Assembly: GCA_963796275.1 (NCBI GenBank)
Contig: CAWCKY010000003.1
Coordinates: forward strand, 1,440,001-1,504,000
Source of the DNA: an uncultured Acidobacteriota bacterium
Lineage (GTDB): Bacteria > Acidobacteriota > Blastocatellia > RBC074
Reading direction: 5' to 3'
Length of the DNA stretch: 64,000 nt
In this document: positions 25,377-36,429 of the stretch, in pieces
Numbering within the stretch: position 1 is the first letter of the stretch
Layout: every line of letters starts with the position of its first letter
Notes under the pieces: model-generated
Told to the model about the DNA's origin: nothing
The model's input: the letters and a program-made list of their open reading frames with translations, nothing else
Database searches by the model: none
Made by a program: the position numbers and the translations under genes

Positions 25377-25607
25377 ATGACAGCGAAAATCACGGTTAAC
25401 AATAATGGTTCATTAAAAATCGAAGGAGAGATCGAAATCTTCGACGGCAACGGGAATAAATACGATTTGGCCGGTCGGACGGTCATCGGCCTCTGCCGCT
25501 GCGGACAGAGCAATAACAAACCATTTTGCGACGGCTCGCACGGACGCTGCGGGTTCGAGTCGCAAGTCATCGCAACTATCCTGCCCGCTCCCAAACCAAA
25601 GGTGTAA
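25377..25607 (+). CDS. CDGSH iron-sulfur domain protein
   Basis: LCRCGQSNNKPFCDGSH. Confidence 0.95.
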   Translation: MTAKITVNNNGSLKIEGEIEIFDGNGNKYDLAGRTVIGLCRCGQSNNKPFCDGSHGRCGFESQVIATILPAPKPKV

Positions 25608-25634
25608 CCCCATAACCATCAGGACTCAACGACC

Positions 25635-26783
25635 ATGACCAAACCAGTCTCCACCACCGGCGCCGGATTGCGCGACGTAGTCGCCGCGCCGAGCAGTATC
25701 TGCTTTATTGATGGCGATAAAGGAATTCTCAACTACGGCGGATATAATATCCATGAACTGGCTGAGCATTCGACGTTCGAAGAGGTCGTTTACTTGCTTT
25801 GGAATGGACGGTTGCCGAAACGTCGCGAGCTGGATGAACTGAATTCCGCGCTCATTGAAAACCGCAAGTTGCCGGCCGAACTTATCGCGCTGATCAAATC
25901 TTTTCCCCGCGATGTAGTTCCGATGGACGCACTGCGTACGGCGGTCTCTGCGCTCTCCTTCTACGATCCGGATCGCAACGATAATTCGCCCGAAGGAAAC
26001 CGGCGTAAAGCGATCAGGCTGACCGCCCAGATCGCGAGCGTGGTCGCGGCGATAGATCGCATCCGTCACGGCCAGTTGCCGCTCGACCCGGATCCGAAGC
26101 TCTCGCACGCGGCCAATTTCCTTTATCTGCTCAATGGCAAAGAGCCGCTCGATGTCGAAGCGCGCGCGTTCGATATTGCGCTCATCCTCCATGCGGACCA
26201 TGAATTCAACGCCTCGACCTTTGCCGCTCGCGTGACCGCGGGTACGCTGGCCGACCTGTATGCAGCGATCACATCGGCCGTCGGCGCTCTCTCCGGGCCG
26301 CTGCACGGCGGAGCGAACGAGCAGGTCATGCGGATGCTGGTTGAGATCGGTTCGTTCGAGAAGGTCGACAACTACGTCAATCAAAAACTAGCGGCCGGAG
26401 AGAAGATTATGGGAATCGGGCACGCCGTCTACCGTACGGAAGACCCGCGCGCGACACACCTGCGCAAGATGTCGAAGGAGATCGGCAAGCGGCAGGGCGA
26501 TACGAAATGGTTCGATATGTCGTATCGCATCGAGGAGCTTGTAGTTGAGGAGATGACCAGGAAGCTGAAGCCGATCCGCCCGAACGTGGATTTCTATTCG
26601 GCTTCGACTTACTACATGCTCGGCATACCCATAGATCTCTATACTCCGATCTTTGCCGTCAGCCGCATCTCGGGCTGGACGGCCCACGTGCTCGAGCAAT
26701 ACGCGAACAACAAGTTGATCCGTCCTCGTTCAGAATATACTGGCGAGATGGGGTTGAAATACATACCGATTGATCGACGATAA
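25635..26783 (+). CDS. gltA: Citrate synthase (short/dimeric type; 2-methylcitrate synthase not excluded)
   Basis: HADHEFNAST, GPLHGGANE, MGIGHAVY, DPR and PNVDFY. Confidence 0.93.
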   Translation: MTKPVSTTGAGLRDVVAAPSSICFIDGDKGILNYGGYNIHELAEHSTFEEVVYLLWNGRLPKRRELDELNSALIENRKLPAELIALIKSFPRDVVPMDALRTAVSALSFYDPDRNDNSPEGNRRKAIRLTAQIASVVAAIDRIRHGQLPLDPDPKLSHAANFLYLLNGKEPLDVEARAFDIALILHADHEFNASTFAARVTAGTLADLYAAITSAVGALSGPLHGGANEQVMRMLVEIGSFEKVDNYVNQKLAAGEKIMGIGHAVYRTEDPRATHLRKMSKEIGKRQGDTKWFDMSYRIEELVVEEMTRKLKPIRPNVDFYSASTYYMLGIPIDLYTPIFAVSRISGWTAHVLEQYANNKLIRPRSEYTGEMGLKYIPIDRR

Positions 26784-26787
26784 AGCT

Positions 26788-27021
26788 ATGGCAAACGTTG
26801 TTATATACACAAAACCCGGTTGTCCCTACTGTGCAAAAGCAATGGCCTGGCACAGGGAGCAGGGAATTGCATTCGAAGAACGCAACGCCCAAGACAACCG
26901 CGAATATCGCAAGGAAATGTTCAGGCATTCTGATAATGACCCGACTGTGCCCGTCATCGTAGTCGATGGCAAGCTCAAGCAGATAGGATGGGAAGGGCGC
27001 GGCTGAACGGTTCACGATTAA
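26788..27021 (+). CDS. Glutaredoxin-like protein, probable C-terminal selenocysteine (UGA at 27004-27006 recoded; ends at 27006 if not)
   Basis: YTKPGCPYC, TVPVIVVDG, then GWEGRG-TGA-TVHD-TAA followed by a strong stem-loop. Confidence 0.8.
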
Positions 27022-27078
27022 ATCAACCGTGAGTTGATCGAATAGAAGCGGCGGATTTACCGCGATCGTGAAAGTTCA
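27004..27078 (+). promoter_or_regulatory. Candidate SECIS-like RNA structure
   Basis: Pairings TGAAC/GTTCA and TTCACGAT/ATCGTGAA enclose the hairpins ATCAAC-CGTGA-GTTGAT and GCGG..CCGC. Confidence 0.55.
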
Positions 27079-27285
27079 GCATATATCGAGCATCTAGAGG
27101 CTAGCCGTCAAGTACAGCTAACTTCTCGGTCGGCGTCTCTGATTTTCGGGGAGTCGTATGTTTTTCGCCCTGGCCAGCCGATGTTTAGTTGATACGTTGG
27201 ATAATTGGGCAGAAACGCCGTAAAGCGGTAACAGTTTAGGCGCCACGTATTAAATAATCCCAGCTTTCCGAAAGCCTGTCGCCTT

Positions 27286-28395
27286 ATGCATTTCGAACAT
27301 GACCAATCGTCGCTACCGACGCGCCGCCACATTTTACGGGGCGGCATCACAGCCGGTGCAATCACTCTCTTTGATGAGACGGTACCGCGCACGGTTTATG
27401 AGCGAGATCGCAGCGCGATAACGGATGTCGCAGGAATCAAAGTCGGCCATTTCACGGATTCGCGCAAACCTACGGGCTGCACCGTCATCCTCGTCGAAGA
27501 CGGCGGAGTCGCAGGAGTGGATGTGCGCGGCGCAGCCCCGGGTACCCGAGAAACCGATCTCCTTGATCCAATCAACACTGTGCAGGAAATACATGCCATC
27601 GCGCTTTCAGGCGGCAGCGCATACGGCCTCGATACGGCATCAGGCGTCATGCGGTATCTTGAAGAGCGCGGAATCGGATTCAAACTTGGAACTGCCGTGG
27701 TGCCGATTGTGCCGGCGGCGATTCTTTTCGATCTGGCGGTGGGAGACCCGAAAGTTCGTCCGGACGCTGAGGCTGGGTACAAAGCCAGTAAGGCGGCGTC
27801 GAGCAATGCGCCGGCTGAGGGCAATGTTGGTGCTGGTGCGGGCGCGACCGTCGGAAAACTCTTTGGGATGAAACGTGCGATGAAGAGCGGCATAGGTACA
27901 GCGGCGATCGGATTGGACAATGGGAAATCAGGGCGAAATCGCCTGACCGTCGGCGCGATCGTCGCCGTCAATGCGGTTGGCGACGTTCTCGATCCGGAGA
28001 CGAGGAAGATTATCGCAGGCGTCCGCACGCCCGACGGTAAATCTATACTGGGCACGATGAAGGCGATCCTTCGCGGTGATCAATTGCCGCCCTCGCTCGC
28101 CGGAACATCGACAACCATCGGAGTAGTGGCGACCGACCTCAAACTCGACAAAGCGCAGGCTACCAAGGTCGCCCAGATGGCGCACGATGGGCTGGCGCGC
28201 GCAATCAACCCCATCCATACTCCTTATGATGGAGACACGATCTTCGCTCTCGCGACCGGGAAATCGGCACAGACCCCCAATTTGACATTGATCGGCTCGC
28301 TCGCGGCTGAAGCGATGGCGCGGGCTGTGGTCAGGGCGGTGCGAGCGGCCCGAGGGATCGATGGACTTCCGAGCGCCACAGACCTTATTGGATGA
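27286..28395 (+). CDS. DmpA/P1 (S58) family Ntn peptidase
   Basis: ITDVAGIKVGH, DVRGAAPGTRETDLL, GGSAYGL, GNVGAG, HDGLARAI and DGDTIF. Confidence 0.92.
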   Translation: MHFEHDQSSLPTRRHILRGGITAGAITLFDETVPRTVYERDRSAITDVAGIKVGHFTDSRKPTGCTVILVEDGGVAGVDVRGAAPGTRETDLLDPINTVQEIHAIALSGGSAYGLDTASGVMRYLEERGIGFKLGTAVVPIVPAAILFDLAVGDPKVRPDAEAGYKASKAASSNAPAEGNVGAGAGATVGKLFGMKRAMKSGIGTAAIGLDNGKSGRNRLTVGAIVAVNAVGDVLDPETRKIIAGVRTPDGKSILGTMKAILRGDQLPPSLAGTSTTIGVVATDLKLDKAQATKVAQMAHDGLARAINPIHTPYDGDTIFALATGKSAQTPNLTLIGSLAAEAMARAVVRAVRAARGIDGLPSATDLIG

Positions 28396-29768
28396 TCTTT
28401 CTACTAATCATCCTCAGCTATGCAATCCTGATGATCGCCATCGGCGCGATCACGTCACGCAGAGTTAAAGACGCGGGCGATTTCTTCGTCGCTGGGCGCA
28501 GTTTGAACGCCGGTTTGATCTTCTCGACTCTGCTGGCGGCGAACATCGGCGCGGGCTCGACTGTTGGCGCGACAGGGTTGGGATACCGCGATGGCCTTTC
28601 GGCCTGGTGGTGGGTCGGTTCGGCGGGTATAGGATCGTTGATTCTCGCATATACCGTCGGGCCTAAAATCTGGAGCATCGCCCGTGAGCACAACCTCTAT
28701 ACGGTCGGCGACTATCTGGAATTCCGCTACAACCGCAGCGTGCGAGGGACGGTGGCGGCCTTGTTGTGGCTCGGAGCTCTCGCGATCCTCGCTGGGCAAT
28801 TGATCGCCATGGAGCAGATATTCATGGTGACTGCCGGGCTCGGCAGGACTGAGGGGAGTTTGCTTGCGGCTCTGGTGATTACCGCCTATTTCGCAGCCGG
28901 CGGATTGCACTCCGCGGCGAGAGTCAACGTCTTACAATTGTTCGTCAAGCTGCTCGGTTTTGCCCTCGCGCTGATCTTCCTCTTGGTTAGCGCCGGCGGG
29001 TGGAGCGGGATTAAGGCCGGTATGAATTCTACCGGCATCGACCCGGAGAAATACTTCAGCATCTTTGGTGGTGGATTGTCAGTCCCCATCGGATACATCG
29101 TGCTACTGGTGCCTTCATTCATCATCTCTCCCGGCATTCTGCAGAAGGTCTTCGGCGCCCGGGATGAGAATGCCGTTCGCCGCGGGATAGGATTGAACGC
29201 ATTGGGACTCCTGGCCTTTGCCATCGTCCCTGTCCTGCTGGGAATAATCGCACACTCTCAATTCCCGAGTCTGGAGAGAAGGGAACTCGCTATGCCGGAG
29301 CTTTTGACTAAATCGCTCCCGATCTGGCTGGGCGGATTATTGCTGGGCGCTCTCTTCTCAGCGGAACTGAGCGCAGCAGATGCAGTGCTGTTTATGCTCA
29401 CCACGTCGATCAGTAAGGACTTCTACAAAACTTATGTCAATCCGCAGGCCGATGATGCCCGATTGTTGAGAATCGCGCGAATTACCGCCATAGTATGCGG
29501 AGCGCTCGGCGCGGCGCTGGCTATACTATTTAAGACTGTGATCGCGGCGCTCACCATCTTTTACACGATGCTGTCCGCCGCGCTCTTCTTACCGTTGATC
29601 GCCGGCCTCTATCTCAAGCGCGTTTCGGCGCGCGCGGCCCTCGCGACCATAATCATCTCGGTCACCGTGACATTTACAGTCGAACAATCTTTTTGGGGAG
29701 TCCCATCCTTAATCTGGGGTATTCTGGCTGGTGCGTTAGTGATGATAGCGGTGAGTAGATATAATTGA
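28392..29768 (+). CDS. Sodium:solute symporter (SSS family)
   Basis: FFVAGRSL, about 13 TM helices; start overlaps the peptidase stop (ATGA). Confidence 0.92.
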   Translation: MIFLLIILSYAILMIAIGAITSRRVKDAGDFFVAGRSLNAGLIFSTLLAANIGAGSTVGATGLGYRDGLSAWWWVGSAGIGSLILAYTVGPKIWSIAREHNLYTVGDYLEFRYNRSVRGTVAALLWLGALAILAGQLIAMEQIFMVTAGLGRTEGSLLAALVITAYFAAGGLHSAARVNVLQLFVKLLGFALALIFLLVSAGGWSGIKAGMNSTGIDPEKYFSIFGGGLSVPIGYIVLLVPSFIISPGILQKVFGARDENAVRRGIGLNALGLLAFAIVPVLLGIIAHSQFPSLERRELAMPELLTKSLPIWLGGLLLGALFSAELSAADAVLFMLTTSISKDFYKTYVNPQADDARLLRIARITAIVCGALGAALAILFKTVIAALTIFYTMLSAALFLPLIAGLYLKRVSARAALATIIISVTVTFTVEQSFWGVPSLIWGILAGALVMIAVSRYN

Positions 29769-29816
29769 TAATTGATAATTGATAATTGATAATTGATAGT
29801 TGATAGTTGATAGTTG
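29761..29816. repeat. Heptamer tandem repeat (ATAATTG)5(ATAGTTG)3
   Basis: Read directly from the sequence. Confidence 0.95.
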
Positions 29817-29872
29817 ATGGTTCGTAAATATTGTTGCCACAGCATATCGAACTATCAACTTCCACGATTTAT

Positions 29873-29917
29873 AAAAAAAAATGAGCCTGCAACTTTTGCT
29901 GCAGGCTCTTCAAGTTT
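29873..29917 (-). terminator. Intrinsic, possibly bidirectional, terminator between convergent genes
   Basis: Stem GAGCCTGCA/TGCAGGCTC (29883-29908) preceded by an A-run, which is the U-tract on the minus strand. Confidence 0.75.
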
Positions 29918-29932
29918 TCCGCCAGTACAAAA

Positions 29933-30307
29933 TTACTGCCTAGCCATGCTGCCGTTATCCAAAACCAGTGTAAATTTACGTCCGCGGGGGGTTATGGTTG
30001 CAATTGTTCGAGAACCGTCGGGATTATCTCGATATGTCATCTTATCCGCATCGGCATGAGTCGAATTCTCACGCTTGGTGAACTGCGCCGTAACCGATTT
30101 CTTCTTCATCTTGATCTCGAACTTCCCGTCTTCGGTCTCCGGAATCAAAATAGTATAGGTGCCCTTCTTCACCATCTCGCTCCCAACCTTGCCATCAAGA
30201 TAAAAAGTCACCTTCTGCTCTATGCTGTTCTGAGCTGATGCCGCGACCCACAAACTGAGAGCAAATACGATCACCAGATACATTTTGAGCCCTTTTCCCT
30301 TTTTCAT
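29933..30307 (-). CDS. Small exported beta-rich hypothetical protein
   Basis: Signal peptide ending AASA-Q; strong purine-rich SD. Confidence 0.8.
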   Translation of the reverse strand: MKKGKGLKMYLVIVFALSLWVAASAQNSIEQKVTFYLDGKVGSEMVKKGTYTILIPETEDGKFEIKMKKKSVTAQFTKRENSTHADADKMTYRDNPDGSRTIATITPRGRKFTLVLDNGSMARQ

Positions 30308-30337
30308 TCTTTCTTTCTCCCTCCTTCTCCTGTTTGA

Positions 30338-30373
30338 AAAATATGTTGACTGACCAGCCAGTCAACATATTTT
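30338..30373. promoter_or_regulatory. Putative TetR operator overlapping the promoter of 29933-30307
   Basis: Perfect 15-bp inverted repeat AAAATATGTTGACTG-N6-CAGTCAACATATTTT containing TGACYN-NN-CAGYCA sites; TTGACT-N16-TATTTT on the minus strand. Confidence 0.7.
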
Positions 30374-30414
30374 GATATGAATCCACATGCAATAACCTCT
30401 TCGTTATATGCTAT

Positions 30415-31020
30415 TTAGCGGACATAGAGGTAATCGAGTACGATTCTTTCGCAGCGTCGCCGGTAATCGTCAAAGGTCGCCTCGGAGGAGAAAAACCATT
30501 GCAGCATCATACCGTCGACTAGAGCGCGCATCATAGAACATGCTTCTTCAACATCGACCTGGCGAAAAGCGCCGGCCTTGATACCGGTCTCGATGATTTC
30601 GCGGTCGCAGGCGAAGCATCCATGATAGAACTTGGCGTTAAACTCGTGGAAGCGCTTGTTGCGCGTCCCGATGCTGATGAAATCAGTGTACGCCATGAAG
30701 AATTGGCGGCTCTCCTGGGCGTTGATGAATACGGTGTCGAGCGCCGCTTTGATCTTCTCAACAGGATCTTCAACTGACGCTATCGCCTCGTGCATGCGCT
30801 CGTGCAGCCGCTCAACCAGCCATTCGAACGCCCCCAGAAAAAGATCTTCCTTCGTCGCGAAATAATAGAGTGTCGAACCCTTACTCACCCCCGCGCGTTT
30901 GGCGATGTCCTGGAGCGTGACCGCCGAATATCCCTTCTCAGCCACCTCCAGATATGTCGCATTGATCAACTCTTCTCTACGCTGATCTTCATATTCTTGA
31001 TCGAATTGTTTCGCTGCCAT
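30415..31020 (-). CDS. TetR/AcrR family regulator
   Basis: HTH GYSAVTLQDIAKRAGVSKGSTLYYFATKEDL. Confidence 0.95.
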   Translation of the reverse strand: MAAKQFDQEYEDQRREELINATYLEVAEKGYSAVTLQDIAKRAGVSKGSTLYYFATKEDLFLGAFEWLVERLHERMHEAIASVEDPVEKIKAALDTVFINAQESRQFFMAYTDFISIGTRNKRFHEFNAKFYHGCFACDREIIETGIKAGAFRQVDVEEACSMMRALVDGMMLQWFFSSEATFDDYRRRCERIVLDYLYVR

Positions 31021-31028
31021 AAGTAGTT

Positions 31029-31072
31029 TGACCGAACGGTCAGATTTTATGTTTGTTCTTCTGTCGTGTCAA
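31029..31072 (-). promoter_or_regulatory. tetR promoter with autoregulatory operator
   Basis: Minus strand TTGACA (31072-31067), N17, TAAAAT (31049-31044); palindrome TGACCG-AA-CGGTCA at 31029-31042. Confidence 0.78.
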
Positions 31073-31199
31073 TCGAATTCTTTGCCGTAAGTGGGGCGGA
31101 TCGTTTATTATAAGATATTGCGAGTCAAATCTATATGAGAGCCGGGAAGCGCGGGAAGGATTTATCATCAGAACAAAAAGCGTTTAAAGAGAGTCGTTT

Positions 31200-32876
<1,677 letters not shown>

Positions 32877-33081
32877 GGAGGCGATATTTGCCAATAGGGC
32901 ATACATTAAATTGGTCATTTATGCATTCTTCGTAAGCTTTACCATCCTGGTTCCTTCTTGACCTGTGAAACCAAAAAAAGCATTATAGGCAGTCCTTAAG
33001 ACTCCGAATTAGAATGAATCCGACCAACCAGACTGAAATGTCGAATGAAAGTATAAAACTCTACCGGGCTGGCCTATTCTG

Positions 33082-33846
33082 ATGAATCTGATCACGCTTG
33101 CCGTTTATCAAGTACAGGAACTCACACTACTGACCTGGCGCGCGCTGCGCAGCATCTTCCGTCCGCCCTTCTATCTGCGAGAGACGATCCACCAGATGGA
33201 TATCACGGGATTCGGCAGCTTGACGATCATTCTGCTAACGGGTTTTTTCACGGGGGCTGTACTTGCGCTTAACACTGGGACCACGCTGCAAAAGTTCGGC
33301 GTGCAGAATGTCTCGGGCCAGTTGGTGGCGCTCAGCCTGATTCGAGAATTGGGGCCGGTATTGACCTGCCTGATGATGGCCGGAAGAGTCGGCTCGGGAA
33401 TCGCGGCTGAGCTCGGATCGATGATCGTCAGCGAACAGATAGATGCCATGCGCGCGCTGGGAACCGATCCGATCAAAAAGCTGGTCATCCCACGCATCCT
33501 GGCATTGGTGACGATGGCCCCGACCCTGACGATCATCTGCGATATGGTCGGGACGCTCGGCGGATTGGTCACCGCTATAACCTTTCAGGGCATGGCATCA
33601 TCGGTTTATCTGGCTTCGGCCAAAACTGCGGTCGACTTCAATGAGATCATCGGCGGGTTGATCAAACCGATCGTCTTCGGTTTTATAATAGCGATCATCG
33701 GATGTTATAAGGGGCTTAGTACGACAGGAGGGACGGTGGGAGTCGGCCGTGCGACCACACAGGCAGTCGTCGTCGCCTCGATCCTTATCATCACCGTCGA
33801 TTTTCTGCTGCAGAAGTTGATCATCTCTCTCCTTCTCCAACCCTGA
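33082..33846 (+). CDS. mlaE: MlaE-family ABC permease
   Basis: [26 protein letters not shown] and GVGRATT. Confidence 0.94.
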   Translation: MNLITLAVYQVQELTLLTWRALRSIFRPPFYLRETIHQMDITGFGSLTIILLTGFFTGAVLALNTGTTLQKFGVQNVSGQLVALSLIRELGPVLTCLMMAGRVGSGIAAELGSMIVSEQIDAMRALGTDPIKKLVIPRILALVTMAPTLTIICDMVGTLGGLVTAITFQGMASSVYLASAKTAVDFNEIIGGLIKPIVFGFIIAIIGCYKGLSTTGGTVGVGRATTQAVVVASILIITVDFLLQKLIISLLLQP

Positions 33847-33853
33847 TGAATTT

Positions 33854-34663
33854 ATGATGAACAAACTGAATGCCATCGAGTTTAAAGATGTCTCTCTTGC
33901 ATTCGGTGAGCGAGTGATACTCAATCGCGTAAGCATAGACGTACATTACGGAGAGTCTAAAATCGTCATGGGCGGCTCCGGCATGGGCAAATCAACTTTG
34001 CTTCGCCTGGTGCTGGGGCTGCTCAAGCCGGATTCGGGCCGGATTTTCATCGACGGAGAAGATGTTACCGATTACTCGGAAGATCAGATGATCGAGGTGC
34101 GCCGGAAGATCGGCATGGTCTTTCAGGAAGGCGCGCTTTTTGATAGTCTTTCGGTCTATGACAACGTTGCCTACCGGTTGCGCGAACAGCATCTGCCCGA
34201 GTCGGAGATCGAACCCGTCGTGATCCGGATGTTGCGCTTTGTGGATCTGGAAGATGCCGTTGATAAAATGCCCAATGAATTGTCGGGCGGCATGCGACGC
34301 CGCGTCGGTATTGCGCGCGCTCTGGTCGGAAACCCGAAAATCATTCTATATGATGAGCCGACCGCCGGTCTGGATCCGATCACTGCGCGCACTATCTGCG
34401 AGCTTGCACTAAAACTGCGAGACCTGGAAGATGTCTCTTCGATCTTCGTCACACACCGTCTGCAGGATATTGAAGTCCTTTCGCGTGAATATGTGATACG
34501 CGACGATAAAGGCGACCTCATCTTCGAGCAAGAAGGAGACAATCTGTGTCTGGTCAATACTCGATTTATAATGCTAAAAGACGGCGACGTAATATTCAGC
34601 GGGACGGATGAAGAGATGCGTCTTTCGGGCGATGCATATATCAGGAGATTCCTTGCCGGATGA
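33854..34663 (+). CDS. mlaF: MlaF-family ABC ATPase
   Basis: [23 protein letters not shown] and [10 protein letters not shown]. Confidence 0.94.
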   Translation: MMNKLNAIEFKDVSLAFGERVILNRVSIDVHYGESKIVMGGSGMGKSTLLRLVLGLLKPDSGRIFIDGEDVTDYSEDQMIEVRRKIGMVFQEGALFDSLSVYDNVAYRLREQHLPESEIEPVVIRMLRFVDLEDAVDKMPNELSGGMRRRVGIARALVGNPKIILYDEPTAGLDPITARTICELALKLRDLEDVSSIFVTHRLQDIEVLSREYVIRDDKGDLIFEQEGDNLCLVNTRFIMLKDGDVIFSGTDEEMRLSGDAYIRRFLAG

Positions 34664-34813
34664 GTGAAGAAAGGAGAAAACAGGCGAAAGAGCATGTCAG
34701 AGGTCAGGGAGACAGAACGTAAGAGACGGCGTGAAAGACTTTATGTTATATTCCGGCTTCTATATTCTGACTTCTCTCTTCTAAATTAAACATTTCGCTT
34801 TTGGAGGTAATTT

Positions 34814-35959
34814 ATGCCGCAAAACAAGCCGAAAAGTTTATCCGAAATGCGCGTCGGGGTACTTGTCGTCGCTGCGCTGGCGATTTTGATTTTCGTCATA
34901 TTCGCCGTGGCCGGTGACATCAGGATACCCGGCCTGACCAGGACAACAATTGTCAAAACGGAGATGACCAACATTGATGGTCTTCGAAAAGGCGCTGAAG
35001 TGCGGCTCTCGGGTAAAAAAGTCGGAAGCGTCAAAGAGATAAACTTCTCCAGTCAAATACCGAGCGATCAGAACGCGCGCAATAATCTGGAGATCGTCAT
35101 GGAGATCGATGGCAAACTCGATTCACGTCCTGCCATCGAGCGTATCCGCACCGATTCGCAGGCGGTCCTGAAGAGCGCCGGAGTGCTCGGCGATTACGTA
35201 ATCGACATTACTCCCGGAACGCTCAGCCGAGGGCAGCCGATCAAAGACGGTGATCGGATCAAGAGCATCGAGCAAAAGAGCGTCGGCGACATCATCAATG
35301 CCGCGCAGACCGCCCTCGGAAATCTGAATGATATATCGGATGATATCAAAACGATGACCGGTACTCTCAGGCGTGGTGAAGGATCGATGGGAAGATTTTT
35401 GAACGACGAAGCCTTCTACGTCGATCTCGACCAGGCGGTTCGCCAGGCGGAGAGCCTGATGCGGGATATCCAGCAAGGCGAGGGTACCATCGGGAAACTG
35501 ATCAAAGACCCCTCCCTTCACGATAAAACGGCCGAAACGATCGCTCAATTGCAGAAGATCACCGATCAGCTCGGCGATCAGATCGCAACGGGTAAAGGTA
35601 CGATCGGCAAACTGATTAAAGATGAAGAGCTTTACAATCGCATGAATTCGCTCGTCGCGAGACTTGACGATACATCAGGCCGGCTCGACCGCACCATGGG
35701 AAAGATCGAACGCGGGGAAGGGAACCTTGGTAAGCTATTGAATGACGAGCAGCTTTTTACAGACGCCAGGGATACGGTAACGAAATTGAAGGGAATCACC
35801 GATAGACTTGAGCGCGGTGAGGGCTCGGCCGGACTGTTGCTGACGGATGAGAGACTCTACAACAATGTGAACAACCTGTCGGCGGAGCTCACCAGGATGC
35901 TGTACGATTTTCGGCAGAATCCGAGAAAGTATCTCTCAGTCAAGGTTGCGCTGTTCTGA
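34814..35959 (+). CDS. mlaD: MCE/MlaD family protein with a long helical repeat region
   Basis: N-terminal TM helix, MCE domain ([18 protein letters not shown]) and five GxG(T/S/N)xG(K/R/L)xxxD repeats. Confidence 0.9.
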   Translation: MPQNKPKSLSEMRVGVLVVAALAILIFVIFAVAGDIRIPGLTRTTIVKTEMTNIDGLRKGAEVRLSGKKVGSVKEINFSSQIPSDQNARNNLEIVMEIDGKLDSRPAIERIRTDSQAVLKSAGVLGDYVIDITPGTLSRGQPIKDGDRIKSIEQKSVGDIINAAQTALGNLNDISDDIKTMTGTLRRGEGSMGRFLNDEAFYVDLDQAVRQAESLMRDIQQGEGTIGKLIKDPSLHDKTAETIAQLQKITDQLGDQIATGKGTIGKLIKDEELYNRMNSLVARLDDTSGRLDRTMGKIERGEGNLGKLLNDEQLFTDARDTVTKLKGITDRLERGEGSAGLLLTDERLYNNVNNLSAELTRMLYDFRQNPRKYLSVKVALF

Positions 35960-36005
35960 TGGCGATTTGCGGATTGAGATTAGCCACATCTCAATCCGCA
36001 CTCAA

Positions 36006-36371
36006 TCATTTCATCGGGTAACCCTTCTCTTTCCAGGCTTTGATTCCGCCGATCATTGAATAGACGTTGAGATATCCCATTTTTTGCAGGTTGTCTGCGG
36101 CCAGCGCCGAGCGATAACCGCCGCCACAGTAGAGGACGATCTCGGAATCTTTGGCTGGCGCGCACTTTTCTACATCGCGTTCGATTATTCCGCGGCCCAG
36201 ATGCTCGGCGCCGGCGGCATGACCTTGATCCCATTCGCGGTCTTCACGAACATCGATGAAATGAAACTCCTCACCGGCATCGAGTTTTTGTTTGACCTCC
36301 TGAGCGGATATTTCGCGGATGCGGGATCTGGCATCTTCACAAAGTTTTTCAAAAGCCTCTGAATGTTGCAC
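36006..36371 (-). CDS. Single-domain rhodanese/sulfurtransferase
   Basis: IDVRE, GH, LYCGGGYRS and GGIKAW. Confidence 0.93.
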   Translation of the reverse strand: MQHSEAFEKLCEDARSRIREISAQEVKQKLDAGEEFHFIDVREDREWDQGHAAGAEHLGRGIIERDVEKCAPAKDSEIVLYCGGGYRSALAADNLQKMGYLNVYSMIGGIKAWKEKGYPMK

Positions 36372-36429
36372 TGTTGCTCCCTTTCTGAATTCTTATATTT
36401 CAAATCTCGTATCGATTTGGGAGAAATAG

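Noticed and set aside
29609-29865. INYQLS-repeat ORFs
   Set aside because: They are translations of the non-coding heptamer array.
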